Source: Antedon mediterranea (lineage: Eukaryota; Animalia; Echinodermata). From it: 64,000 nucleotides of DNA. Positions 1 through 13,942 of the stretch are shown here, one piece after another. Where the stretch lies: contig NC_092670.1 of NCBI RefSeq assembly GCF_964355755.1, positions 3,648,201 to 3,712,200 of the forward strand. The letters run 5' to 3'. Position numbers and translations under genes: made by a program. Position 1 is the stretch's first letter, and every line of letters begins with the position of its first letter. The notes beneath the pieces were generated by a model. The model saw only the letters and a list, made by a program, of their open reading frames with translations. It made no database searches and was not told the DNA's origin.

Positions 1-1651
1 ACCCCCAACCCCCTAAACCCACACTGGCTCTAAACAAATCCCAGTGAAAGTCAACATCAAGACCATGATCACCCCAACTATACCCCCAACCCCCTAAACC
101 CACACTGGCTCTAAACAAATCCCAGTGAAAGTCAACATCAAGACCATGATCATCCCAACTGTACCCCCAACCCCCTAAACCCACACTGGCTCTAAACAAA
201 TCCCAGTGAAAGTCAACATCAAGACCATGATCATCCCAACTATACCCCCAACCCCCTAAACCCACACTGGCTCTAAACAAATCCCAGTGAAAGTCAACAT
301 CAAGACCATGATCATCCCAACTATACCCCCAACCCCCTAAACCCACACTGGCTCTAAACAAATCCCAGTGAAAGTCAACATCAAGACCATGATCATCCCA
401 ACTGTACCCCCAACCCCCTAAACCCACACTGGCTCTAAACAAATCCCAGTGAAGGTCAACATCAAGACCATGATCATCCCAACTATACCCCCAACCCCCT
501 AAACCCACACTGGCTCTAAACAAATCCCAGTGAAAGTCAACATCAAGACCATGATCATCCCAACTATACCCCCAACCCCCTAAACCCACACTGGCTCTAA
601 ACAAATCCCAGTGAAAGTCAACATCAAGACCATGATCATCCCAACTGTACCCCCAACCCCCTAAACCCACACTGGCTCTAAACAAATCCCAGTGAAAGTC
701 AACATCAAGACCATGATCATCCAACTATACCCCCAACCCCCTAAACCCACACTGGCTCTAAACAAATCCCAGTGAAAGTCAACATCAAGACCATGATCAT
801 CCAACTATACCCCCAACCCCCTAAACCCACACTGGCTCTAAACAAATCCCAGTGAAAGTCAACATCAAGACCATGATCATCCCAACTATACCCCCAACCC
901 CCTAAACCCACACTGGCTCTAAACAAATCCCAGTGAAAGTCAACATCAAGACCATGATCATCCAACTATACCCCCAACCCCCTAAACCCACACTGGCTCT
1001 AAACAAATCCCAGTGAAAGTCAACATCAAGACCATGATCATCCAACTATACCCCCAACCCCCTAAACCCACACTGGCTCTAAACAAATCCCAGTGAAAGT
1101 CAACATCAAGACCATGATCATCCCAACTATACCCCCAACCCCCTAAACCCACACTGGCTCTAAACAAATCCCAGTGAAAGTCAACATCAAGACCATGATC
1201 ATCCAACTATACCCCCAACCCCCTAAACCCACACTGGCTCTAAACAAATCCCAGTGAAAGTCAACATCAAGACCATGATCATCCCAACTATACCCCCAAC
1301 CCCCTAAACCCACACTGGCTCTAAACAAATCCCAGTGAAAGTCAACATCAAGACCATGATCACCCCAACTATACCCCCAACCCCCTAAACCCACACTGGC
1401 TCTAAACAAATCCCAGTGAAAGTCAACATCAAGACCATGATCACCCCAACTATACCCCCAACCCCCTAAACCCACACTGGCTCTAAACAAATCCCAGTGA
1501 AAGTCAACATCAAGACCATGATCATCCCAACTATACCCCCAACCCCCTAAACCCACACTGGCTCTAAACAAATCCCAGTGAAAGTCAACATCAAGACCAT
1601 GATCATCCAACTATACCCCCAACCCCCTAAACCCACACTGGCTCTAAACAA
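1..1651. repeat. Tandem array of 81/80-bp units (~20 copies, runs off the left edge)
   Basis: Unit ACCCCCAACCCCCTAAACCCACACTGGCTCTAAACAAATCCCAGTGAAAGTCAACATCAAGACCATGATCATCCCAACTAT repeated nearly perfectly; variants are a 1-bp deletion (ATCC vs ATCCC), CACCCC and CTGTAC. Confidence 0.98.
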
Positions 1652-2119
1652 AGAATCATACATTGTATGGTTACATGTAGTAGTATAGAAGTAGGAGGTG
1701 CTTATTGTGCCTATTTAAACACCTTTATTTACAAGACAGTACTATCATTTTATTCATCACACCAAATGCCATGGCTATACAAGACCAAAAAAACCCCATT
1801 TTATATACATTATTTGTTTTTATTAAAAGCTAGAATAAAATAATGATTTTTAGAGTATACAAGTGTAAACAGAAAAATCAGAAATCATAATGGTGAAATA
1901 TTTATATATACAGTAGTAATACTGTGGTTTATCCACAAAGTCGTTAAATTAGTAAGAATAGTTTAATACTCTACAGTTAAGTGTGTGCTAAATAGATATA
2001 TATTTTTAAGTGAAGAGAAACTCTATTTTGAGACCCCACTTGCGAATCCGCTTAAAGATGAAGGCGTTTTGATTTGATCAGTGTCTGTTGTTGCTACGTG
2101 TATGTCCTATCCATAGAAC

Positions 2120-2720
2120 TACAGTAAACTCCTATTAAGACCAAACAAAAAGAAGAAAAAAGGGGTTGTTCCTTGAATAGGCGTTAGCCATAGTGTTAAA
2201 ACAATATTTACATTTCACAGTGTCCTCTTAATTGGTGATTGTCCCTAGAATAGGAGTTTCCTTAGAATAGGGTTGTCCCTAGAATAGGGTTGTCCCTAGA
2301 ATAGGGGTGTCCTTATAATAGGGGTGTCCCTAGAATAGGGGTGTCCTTATGGATTGTCCCTAGAATAGGGGTGTCCTTATAATAGGGGTGTCCTTATAAT
2401 AGGAGTGTTCCTAGAATAAGGGTGTTCTTATAATAGGGGTGTCCTTAGAATAGGAGTGTCCTTATAATAGGAGTGTTCCTAGAATAAGGGTGTTCTTATA
2501 ATAGGGGTGTCCTTATAATAGGGGTGTCCTTAGAATAGGGGTGTCCTTATAATAGGGGTGTCCTTATAATAGGGGTGTCCTTATAATAGGGGTGTCCTTA
2601 TAATAGGGGTGTCCTTATAATAGGGGTGTCCTTATAATAGGGGTGTTCCTAGAATAAGGGTGTTCTTATATTTAGAGGTGTCCCTAGAATAGAGGTATCC
2701 CAAAGGAAGGGTATCTACTG
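2120..2720. repeat. 17-bp minisatellite (GTCCTTATAATAGGGGT)n, probably inside a TA-flanked MITE
   Basis: Array at ~2240-2700; left flank TACAGTAAACTCCTATTAAGAC (2120) and right flank GGTATCTACTG (~2710-2720) look like degenerate CAGT...ACTG termini. The array is certain, the MITE envelope is inferred. Confidence 0.8.
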
Positions 2721-3597
2721 GACTCTACCGTACACGCCGAAGATTAAAAGATCGATAGGTAGGGTGTCTACGTAACAGCTAACACACGTATCTTCGTCTT
2801 CGTCTTTACAGTGTGAAATGTATTTATTGAATGTTGCCATTCAATAAATCAATCAATCTATTAATCAATCAATCTATTAATCGATCAATCCATCAATCAA
2901 TTGTTTTACGTGTATAGTGCCACTCCAACGATCATTGCATATTGCGTAATTACTGTGCAGTTTAAGATCTTTTGCTCTTAAAATGCTAAAACGAATAAAA
3001 ATGCATGATTTTACATTTATTTACTCATCCTTTATAAATATAGTTTTATAGCATAAATGATGGCAAGGATCCTGCATAGAGAAGTTTACACTTCTGTTTT
3101 CGCAGAACCAGGTTATGTATATAAATAATTCCAATTGTAAGAAATGTTTTACTTTAAATTATTGATTTTAAAATGTGTATCTAATTTACGGATTTGATGC
3201 TTTAATCTGGGCGAATAATAATAATATATACTTTTGGACTTTTATTCGTAGGATTAAGAAGCAATATTCATTTTATATGCATGAACAATGTTAAGGATTT
3301 ATACAAAAACATAAAATAAAATATATTTTTTTAATTTAAAATTAATTAATACTATTAAGGGCTTTCCATTTTAAGTAAAGTAAGTAAGTGTATTGAGCAA
3401 TAATTAACTAGTTGTTGGAAGGTTATTTGAAAAATATAATTTATCATGGGAGAAATAGTCATATTTTTGTTTCTGTACAGTTAGTCCTATTGTGTCTATA
3501 TTATGATGAACTCCACCCCTAGCCAGTCCTAAATATGTACGCGCGCGCGAGTCAGACAACATCATTATGATGACGCCCTCGCATTCGCGCTACTTAA

Positions 3598-3828
3598 AGC
3601 CGATTTTCCACTATGCGAATCGAAGGCGTCAGCTAATACGCATGCGTACAAGCTGGCGCTTTCGATTCGCGCGAACACATTTTCCACTCGGCGAAATCGA
3701 AAGCGTGAATCGAAAGCGTCAGCATATTCACGTATTCATGTTTCCATCTTCCAAATCCCCCTCTACGCATGCGTGTAAGCTGAAACTTTCGATTCGCGCG
3801 AACGATTTCGCCCAGTGGAAAATCGGCT
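3598..3828. mobile_element. MITE family A (PIF/Harbinger-like) with internal palindromic repeats
   Basis: Perfect 15-bp TIR AGCCGATTTTCCACT / AGTGGAAAATCGGCT flanked by TAA / TTA; internal GCGAATCGAA / TTCGATTCGC repeats. Confidence 0.8.
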
Positions 3829-4464
3829 TTACAAGCCAAAATATCCATGCAATTCAGAAAAGCTTTTTTTAAGGGATTTCTTTAAATATAATAATCCGGT
3901 GACGCCAGAAAATCGAACTAAATTGCTTATAATTATGGCATGAAATGAGTGGCCACGTTTAAGTGTCACACACACGATTAACAGATTAGGACAGAGTACA
4001 TAACTAAACGATATTACTGAGTCTGTTTTATGTTGTCTTACATTTAGCAATGAAGTTTAAATTCACACAAATTGTCGATTACATGAAAGTACTATCCAAG
4101 TGAGAAGTTATTAACTAGCAAACATTAAACACCTAAACAAAAACGTTTTACCACAAATGTTTACTACCGTAGAAACACATCTATTGTGTAGGCGAGACTT
4201 TTTTGACTGTTTTATAACACTGTTTCGAAATCATCATAATTTCATCATTGTATTATCCTTATCTTTTTCGTTATTGCCTTTGGGCGCGTTTACCTGGGTA
4301 CGTTGGTTCCTACCCAGCAAAGTTAGCGATAACTGAGCCCATTCAGTCAACAACTTAGTCGGGTAAATGAGTAAGACCGAACGGATTCATAATAGTCGTC
4401 ACTATCATCATTATCATAAATTATTGTCTCGCTATTTTGTCAGATTCATTATCATCATCAGTTT

Positions 4465-4590
4465 AAGCTCTGTCTACACTATCAGATTTTATGTCACAAA
4501 AGGATGTGATTTCATATCACTACCATATTTAAGCATATCATCACCATAATTGGGCACATCACACTTGTTTTGTTTAATAGTTATAGATTC
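4465..4590. mobile_element. MITE family B copy (degenerate right end)
   Basis: Starts TTA|AGCTCTGTCTACACTATCA; core CATATCACTACCATATTT shared with 5667-5828 and 60980-61104. Confidence 0.7.
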
Positions 4591-5666
4591 TAAAGTTTTC
4601 CCACTCGCAGAGCAAGGTCGTTTGACCAATCAAGACAAGGTGGATCATTCGAATTGTCACTTCTTGTGATTGGTCAAATCACTTACATTGGGCATACGAC
4701 ATTGTGAAGTCTCATGAATATGAAGCTTTATATTTATTATAACGCACACATATAACTTCTTCGATCATATTGTTTCACTTTCGTGAATTTGGAACACGAC
4801 GCCACTAAAATGTACTACTATTTTCCAAACGCATTTCACGACCCAATTACGTTCTGAAGGTCACGTGGCTTACCCGGAACATTGGGTAAGGTCATTTTTA
4901 TGACAGCTTGGCGTTATTTTTACTATTTTAATTATTGGAAAGGGATGAAGGGGGTAATCCTTTATAGTTCGTTCACCTTATTTAGATTGCCGTTATTGGT
5001 ACACTTGGCTTTGACGTTTATCGTTTGAAAAATAAAAAAATTTAAAATGATGAACCTCTATGAAGCATTTACTGTTTTCATTATAATAATGTCCAAACAA
5101 ATCATGTTAAAAAAAACCAGATTTAGTTTTCCATTAGGCCGCCATTTTGGTACATTTCGTGTTCTTTTAAAGTGTTCATTTTTTAATTATAACAAAAAGT
5201 AAAATTTGATTTCAGAACGCATTTCATGACCTAATTGCGTTGATTTTAATTTAATGTGGCATTTCTGTACATCGGTTAAGGTCATCCGATTCCGAAATGA
5301 CAGTTGATATTGACGCCTCCTCGCAATTATTATATCAGTTTTTTAATTGGTGTTAAGCTTCAATATTGCATTGGCCGTACATTAACTTTTCTAAATTTTG
5401 TTCTGGAATATGACATCATGTCGTGTCCATTATTATGGGCACATCACATTGTTTTGTTACATAAAGTTTGATAGTGAGACATATCTTAAGACTGTCGGTA
5501 TCAGTTATACATCCGACATAGGTGTTACCGGTTAAACTGCACACTATAACTCGCGCCGTGAACTCCCGATTTACCTCCGATCCGATAGTTTCCAGATACA
5601 CCCGGTGGTGCCACGTTACCATACGTGTTTAAAAGTCGAATTGTATTCAACTCCGATAGAAAAAAG

Positions 5667-5828
5667 AGCCTTGTATACACTATCAAACTTTATGTGACAA
5701 AAAAATGTGATGTGCCCATATATGGACATGATGATGTCATATCACTACCATTGGGCATATCACTACCATATTTGGACACATCACACTTTTGTTTTGTCCA
5801 ACTACTTTGATAGTGTAGAAAAAGCTTT
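5667..5828. mobile_element. MITE family B copy
   Basis: TACACTATCAAACT...TGTGATGTGCCCA / TGGACACATCACA...TTTGATAGTGTAGA inverted arms; a half copy lies at ~5430-5480. Confidence 0.75.
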
Positions 5829-8155
5829 AGAAGAAGCGTGAGTGAATATTATATTCAGGAGGAATATGTATCAGTGATTGCATCCCATGGAAAAGTGGCT
5901 AAGTGACAACAATTCGTGATTTCCGGAACTAGCCACCCATCATTTTATAAAATGGATGAATACATGACTGTTTATCGTATTAATTCGATAAAAACCATAA
6001 ATCAACATAGTGTCAACATTTGTTTTAACCTTGACTTTGACAATTAACTTTATCGAAGCGCCTCATCACTCATGTCAGAATCAAATTTATAACGTGTTTA
6101 TTAACTCATAATAGAACAGACTTAACAACACGATTAAACAGGATAAATGTCTTTTACCAAATTGACAGCTTGTATGTTCACTATAAAGCATGGTGTTTTA
6201 AATGCGCGATATTCTCATGTTTTGTATAGTCTCGTTTTGCCGTCATTGTACGATACCATAATGATAAAATGCTATTGTACGATACCATTATAATGATAAA
6301 ATGCTATCCTCTCATTTTTGGGCTTCTCATTCGTCGCTGTTGAAAGTAAATTTACCCGCGGACATACACTTTTTTGTGCTTACCCAATCATACTAGGCCT
6401 ATATTGCGTTTGTATATACGTGGACGTCGATTTCAATGCAACGGATTCGGTGTTGACAACTCCATAGAATACATCAAATATGTGTATAGTCGCAGAAGTT
6501 TGTGTGAAAGCGATCAACACGCTGATCCTTTTGGTATATCTCGTTTATTTTTAATAACAATGATTGTGTGCGGGTATGTTTCAGCGTCAATAATTACAGA
6601 CAGTGTAGTCCTACCACATTCTTTCAGAAAACACCCCTATCAGGGAAAATCGTTTAACCTAAATTCGTTTTTATCAATAATCAATTATTAATTATCTAAC
6701 TAAACTGAATTAGTATACGGGTGCTAAAAATCAGTACCGAAAGTATGTAGGCTACCGACTTTATTCCATCGAGTAAAAATGTTACCGAAATTCTAAATTT
6801 ATTTGTAGATTTGGTAACCACACTAAAAAAAAAAGAAACCGCGCGATTACAACGTTAGCTGTAGGCCTGTTATAATAGATGCTAAAATAGGAACTTATAA
6901 TGCTAATTAGTTTTATTTATTTTGAATACCGGTACATCAAACACACTCTCAAGGGAGCGGATGTTGATTATAGTCTGTTTTTATGTACAAAAGAGCGCAC
7001 TAATGCGCGCCCAGACTTTGTAACATTCCGACTCTTAAATGTCAATTCTATTATTGACATACTTTTAAGTTATGAACTTATGCAGTTTCGCTTAGATTTT
7101 TTTCAAAACATTGTATTTTATTATGTATTTTATATGTACTTGCTCGTGTACGGCCTCTCACGACCGTTCTCCATCTCATTGACCATCACCATATTACATT
7201 TCCCGCAATTCAATAGGAGGATCGCTGTTCGAAGTAACCAAGTTCGAGCCAGGGAGTCCATGGGTTCGAAAGAGCCCCTTTTCCTGAAGTTCCTCTTTCT
7301 TGAAGTGCACAGCGAGTGAAAGTGCTTGTAATAGGCCTTTAGCTCATGAAAAATGTTCGGCCAATCCTACCCCAGAAAAGAAACTTCGTCTAGTACAAGG
7401 CTAGGCCTAAAACAATCATTACCCCCACCTCTTGGGCTATCTTACGCTAGAACTTTTAGCGGATAAAAGAGCCCCCTGTTAAAATCCTTACTCTTGGCTT
7501 GGTAACTTAACAGACATTATCCAATTTGTTTGTTAAAATTGAAAAAATTCACCTCCTTCCAACAATATTATTTGAAATCAAATGTTCGTTTATAATGAAA
7601 AAGTGCGATGATAACGCATGAAACATTAGGTAAATTCAACGTAATTTTGTCCTTCACTATAAACGAAAATTTGGTTTCAAACAATTTGTTTGTTTTTTGA
7701 TAAAATATGATTTTTGTCGAATGTCGCATACAGGTAGGCCTATATTGTCAGGATGAGTGGCAGGTCATGAAGTGTTTCACGTACTGTATACAATCAAAGG
7801 ATCACGAACTTTAAGCAGGCACTGCGTTACATTTCTTTGACCGTTGACCTACAAATGACGTTTCTTGACCTCTGACCTCATCCCAGGTGTTCAAATTGTT
7901 ACCACCTGGTGTAGAACAGGTATTGTCGGTCTTCGTTTGTCATGGAGGTATACCTCCATGAATCATATAATATATAGAATCTATCTACAGTTTCTCGCCA
8001 TTAAGTGTTGACTTATTTTATGAACTTGAATTTTATGTATGCACACCTTCTATTGTTTTGTGCTACTTTTCTGTAATTGTTAAACCATTTTAAGCTACAT
8101 AATCTATGATGATAAAGTGTTTGGTGTTCGTCAATCTTACCGCATATAGTCATAC

Positions 8156-8520
8156 GCGAGTCATATGGCCGAGCGGTTAAGGCAGGGGCGCCGTTTATCG
8201 TACCTAAAGAGCCAACAACAACATCGGCAAGGGTTCGAGGCCGACTCGCTCCTAGTTCTGGTGGTGGAACAAGTCTTCTCGGATAAGGACTATAAACCGT
8301 AGGTCCAGTGTACACAGTTATAACCTGTGTGTACTTTAAAGAACCCAGTTCATTATTCGAAAAAAAGAGTAGGGGGTTACCCCGGTGAACTGGTTCACAC
8401 AATAGCCTCTGTATCAGGGGGATTACCACCTATCTGATAGGACAGTGATTAATTCACTATTGGTAATCCTTGGCCACATTGCCTAAAGACATAAAATAAA
8501 AATAAAATAAATAAAATACA
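8156..8520 (+). mobile_element. tRNA-derived SINE with Deu (Nin)-type central domain
   Basis: A box TGGCCGAGCGG (8166), B box GGTTCGAGGCC (8232), GCGAGTC/GACTCGC acceptor-like stem. Central TCGGATAAGGACTATAAACCGTAGGTCC...TAAAGAACCC...TTCGAAAAAAAGAGTAGGGGGTTACCCCGGTG resembles the Deu domain of AmnSINE1/zebrafish SINE3 as recalled. (AAAAT)n tail at 8491-8519. Confidence 0.8.
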
Positions 8521-9249
8521 TAAGAACAGTAGAATCATCACGTGACGTCATACATTGTTTGATGTTCTAATCCAACAAACGTTACTACTAGCTGCAACAT
8601 AATGATATAAAGATGATAATATTTTTAAAGATTGGGAAAGTCAAAAGTTTAATTTTAACAATACCGAAAAAAAACCCCGAAAACATCTTTATCAAAGTTT
8701 TCATTTAATAGTCTGACTTATTAAGCAAGGGGGTAAGGGGTCAAGGACAAGGTCACTTAATTTGCATACAATTGACGTTTTGTGTTTCAGACAAGAGGAA
8801 ACGGGAATAATAGATTGAAGATGATGTATTACATACGGTGATTATTGTGACCCCTTCAAAATGCATTTTCCGTACTCAAATACATTTATTTGAGGGTGGA
8901 ATTTGCGACGATTATCGAGTACACGTATTGCTGTCTGAGGTAGGTAAATACGCGTTGCGTGTGGCACGAACATTGGGCCTACAGGGAACATTGGGCCTAC
9001 AGGTAACACTGCCTCGCGTGTATAATATTCACTTGACAATCGAGGACCAGAAGAAAAATCAATAAAGAGACTTCACGCGAGGATTCTGCATGATATTCGC
9101 GAGTATTATGCGTGTTATATAGGCCTGTGAATAATTAAATTGTTGCATAGTGACTTTAAAGTCATTAAGTCCTCCCTTTGATTAAAAACATTCAAATAGT
9201 TGTTAAGTATATAAACAACTAGAAATCAATTTTTCATTTTAAAATTATG

Positions 9250-9640
9250 AGCGCGGCGGTCAATCTGGCACTGCCATCGCGTATTTAGTCTATAGCGCGT
9301 CGGTCAATATGGCACACATCCATCGCGAAGTAGTATCGCGGCGGTCAATATGGCACTCCCGTCGCGTATAGTATCCCGGCGGTCAATATGGCACTCCCAT
9401 CGCGAATAGCGCGCCGGTCAATCTGGCACTCTCATCGCGTATAGTAGCGCGGTGGTCAATATGGCACTCCCATCGCGTATATTGTAGCGCGGCTAATATT
9501 TTACTCGACTCCCATCACGTATAGTAGCGCGGCGGTCAATCTGGCACTCTCATCGCGCATAGTAGTAGCGCGGCGGTCAATATGGCACTCCCATCGCGAA
9601 TAGTAGCGCGGCGCGGTCAATATAGCACTCCCATCACGCG
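9250..9640. repeat. CpG-rich ~38-bp minisatellite (~10 degenerate copies)
   Basis: Unit GCGCGGCGGTCAATATGGCACTCCCATCGCGTATAGTA. Confidence 0.92.
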
Positions 9641-12600
9641 TGAAACGTTTGGACGGCGGAAACTGTGATTATCCATCCTCCCCGCCGCCAGTGATTTTGA
9701 GTAGAATGATTTTGTCGGTTAAACGTTCTGGCTAGATACAGTATACTCTTCGCGCCGTGAACTTCACAACTTATCGTCTGCTAGCAATTAATGCTATAGG
9801 CATTTATGTATTCGATTGTTTAACTGTGAACAGTTGCTCGGTATCATTTCTGCTCCAGACTTTATTGAGCGGGAGGTGTTATACACAAGTTCTTGGTCAA
9901 TTTGCCTGCCATTTTTGGTTAACGCTTGATTGAAATATTTGAGTAACACCTTCATAGACTACCTTACTTCGCCCTTGGAAGCAGGAAGTATACCAGTAAG
10001 TACGGCATAAACTTGTATAATTATTTTACCGGTGAAAACACGTGTGGGATATCTTAACATTTTTAGTTTTTATTATGTCTTCGTAGTCTTATGGTTAGTG
10101 TATCCATGGGGCTCTGGTGTATCATTTTGTAAACACCAAGATCAGAACTCATGAAGTCAACTACACATGCAGTAATTTTTTAACTTTATTACATAAATAA
10201 ATGAGATTTCCAAGGATTGCCAATGTTGAATTTCATCACATTCAAGTATAGCTGCCTACATAGATCGGTTTTTATAATTTTTCTAGACTTTGGGTAGTAG
10301 GCCTAGCTCCTTTCTTGTCAATTTTCCAACATTTTTAAAACGTAAAGCAAATGAATTTGTTCTGAGTGAACTTTGAATTGTAAATTGTTTTATATTTAAA
10401 TTTGCCGCCAGTTTTCGTGTTTAATGTTATAAATGAATTTTGATAATAATAATTTACACTTTATTACGATAGGCCTATAGGATATTTGAATTTTTTATAT
10501 TTTTATCTCCATTTGCTGCAGTTGGTAAGAGGGGAACAAATAGGCTCTCAACGATTCAGTTCCTATTTTGTTTCCCTGCCAACTTAGTCCTGCATGTATT
10601 TTGTATTGGCAATAGGCCTAAAGTACCGTATACAATATTAGACATATTAGAATGGTTCTGTTTCGATTTTCTTTGGAATTTTTTATAAACATTTTGTTGT
10701 TTATAAATAATATAATATTTATTTTTAGCGTGTAGGCCTATGTCAACGACATACGTAATGTAATCAGAACCATGCTTATATTGTTTAGTTTAAGAAATCG
10801 ACAGCACTTTGTAAGTTTATAGCAAAAATGTATTTGGTGGTAGCCTACAATGCTGGATTGTATTGGCCTGATAATACAACAGTAGGAGTGGGAATAACTG
10901 ACCAAAATAGTATGCGATTACCCTGTGGCCCTGCCCCATATCCGTTTATACTGTAATCAATTAATCCATGATATCCTATTATAACGTTATCATAAAATAT
11001 CCACACATCGACCGACACACCCTCGTGCTGCTAAGATTGAAGATAGCAAATAATGTCTCAATAGGCCTATTGGTTTTTCGGTTGGTGCCAGTTTAAAATT
11101 AAGGCAGAAACAAAAATTAGTCCTATAGCTACTAAAGTAAAAATTAGGACTAAAAGAAAACAATATTATTTGGAAAATCGAGTCATAACATTACATAAAT
11201 AAACTACTAAAATTACATTAAAATAGATTAGATAATAGAAGATAAACCAAAAAAAGCATAGGATTTTTAAAATATTTATTTTGCAAAAATAAGAACAAGG
11301 TGATCTTTTAAGATTAGCTAGGAATCCGCATTAGCTGGCTGGAACTAGAAAACAAAATTGTATTGGAAGGAAGATATTTTATTTGATTGATAACATTTTG
11401 TAACTGTAAATGCTAAACTAAAACTAGATGGTGTAATTTAAGGCGCATTCGCATTGCAGCACTCCTCTACAATGTGCTTCCGTGTATTGTAACCTCAAAC
11501 AATAGAGGACTGCCTATTCAGTTTGTTTCCTTTAATACCTCTACCGAAGTAAGTAAAGGGAGTGGTTCAGATCTTATCTGACAGTAGGCCGATTTCCGTT
11601 TTTTTCTTTTTATGAATAGATTCTTTCAATCGATTTTTCTAATTTCATAACATAATCTCTTTCCAGTCAAATCCATAACTCCTTTTTATTTGTTTTTTTT
11701 TTTAAAACGCATAATTGAGAATTTGCTATAAAGCGCTTTATCAAATATGACTAGACCTACACTTACATAAGTGAATTTTGTTTTTCATGAAGTGCCGCTA
11801 TGAGTACGCGTCTGTTGAGTCGAAAAGTCATTTCGCGCATGCACAGAAACATAATATCTTTAGAAAAAAAAATTACGTAAACGGCGTTTCATAAAATAGC
11901 TTAGTCCAGTGTATATAAGGCATATAGTAAATTGTTTGTAATTTACAATGTGACCCACAAACGTCACAGAAAAATGAACGTCATGTGTTTCATTTTTAGA
12001 TGTATTAAATGTAATTTTGTAGACTCTTGGGAACAGTCGTAACCGCAGATTGGCGCCTCATAATTAATGAGTACTGCGTACATCATTATTGTGCAGCAAC
12101 ACATTACGCCTTTGTACACAAACGATCAACGGATAAAATGCCCTGTCAGAAGGGCAAAGGTATAAAGTATCTGCTTTATAATACAACAAATAAATTAGCT
12201 CTAAAGAGTTGATTTTGTAAACAGTTTCTATGTTTTTTCTTTATATAAAATCGCCATACAGTATAGAACGAAAAAACAACATCATTAATAATAAATAGGA
12301 TTTAAAGATAAGTCGACCTCCATGGTGTTTAGATTACGTACACATTAATTTGATTTGCGCATGCGTAATAAGCCTAAAATGTTTTTATTTTATTGATTAT
12401 TCTATAAAATTATTGTGATAAGAAACATTCTTCATTCTAGCTGCAGCACGCCCTCAATTTGACAAAATATAGATCTGCTAGCAAGTAGCTCATTTCTAGG
12501 AAACTAATTGAACAGATAAATGTTATATGCTTTTGTGAGTTTCCAGGAAGCAAAACAGGTCATATAGTTGACCTTTCACCTGTGACTTGCTCTTGACTGA

Positions 12601-13942
12601 CAACATGGATTGACAACTGTCATCATGTCAAAATGCACCACTAAATTAAATAGCTTCCTGGTTTTCACAAGGCACATTTAGAGCTCTCTTGGCATCGTTA
12701 ATTCATCTGCAGAGTGTTAAATTGAGATAATATTTTATTTAGTTTATGGTGTTTTTTCCCGAAAACCAGCTACATTTATTCTCGTATTTTAGTAGAAAAA
12801 TACAATAAATCTAAACATGGCAAAACACAAACAAAAAACCAAGAAGACAGAAATCTAAATTCGATAGCAAACTTTAGTTTGGCAAGAAAAAATTTTGCCA
12901 TTGTGGATGGTTGAGGGACTTCAGCAAACTGGAGAAACCTAGTTTTTAGAATGTAGGCTGTACACTTTGACAAAAGTAATTTGCCGAGGAATTGCAAAAG
13001 TATTGGGTAAACTCAGCGAATATAGTGTTTGTGGTCATGTGATCATGCAGACGACAAGACAATTCCTTCAGTAACGTTTAGTGTCAAACTACACGTCATC
13101 TTTCTAAAAGTGCCTAAATTTCCCACGAATTATTAAGAAAGTGGATACACTGCCTTTATAATAAGTGTTGTCATTCTTGCCCCCATTGTTACGTCGCACT
13201 TCTGTACGCAATGATTGAACAAGAGTAATAATTAGGCTGCTATACCTACTTTGTAAGCAGTTAAGCGTTAAATGGAAAGTTTTGTTATCCTATAAATGGA
13301 TACGTCATCCCGAGGCAAGACTCGGATTGTTGTTCCATTTCGTTGTCATTACTTCAGTTATATAAATGTGTTTATACCTATGCAGAATAATGAAATACTA
13401 TAATTAATAACGAAGTAAAAATCCTACATTTTCAATCGGTCCTGTAATTCATGACCATGGTCGACTTTTAGAGAGCGCTGTGTGTAGTTTTGTCCCAAAG
13501 TACATTCGTATTTCTGTTTGTCATCTTAAAAAACGCTATTTTTTACAGCTGATTTTCACGATCCTTCAATTTACTGGAGCATATAATGCGTAGTGTTAGC
13601 CCACACGAGGATTGTGCATGGCGTGTCATTTTATTAATTGTCTGGAAAATTGTTTTGCACAAATATAATAAAAAATTATGGTTCGCAGGTAACGTTGTCT
13701 AAATATAAGTATTTTGCCGGTGTTATATTATGTAGCATTTCCTAATGTAAACAGAAATCGAGTATCTTGGTATCTAGGCCTACCCCATTTATACACCCCC
13801 ACAGTTTCTCACATACCTAGACTGTGTATTCTGTTTTGCAGGTTGGGATTGAGACGCACATACGCAGGCAAGTCTTGTTTAAGTTGGGTGGTATCCCTAT
13901 AACTTAATTTTACTTATGATTGGTGCTGGTTATTATAGAGAT

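Noticed and set aside
1-1651. Telomeric repeat (contains CCCTAAA)
   Set aside because: Only one heptamer per 81-bp unit; no tandem TTAGGG/TTTAGGG run.
8013-8429. 138-aa minus-strand ORF
   Set aside because: Antisense to the SINE; no recognisable domain.
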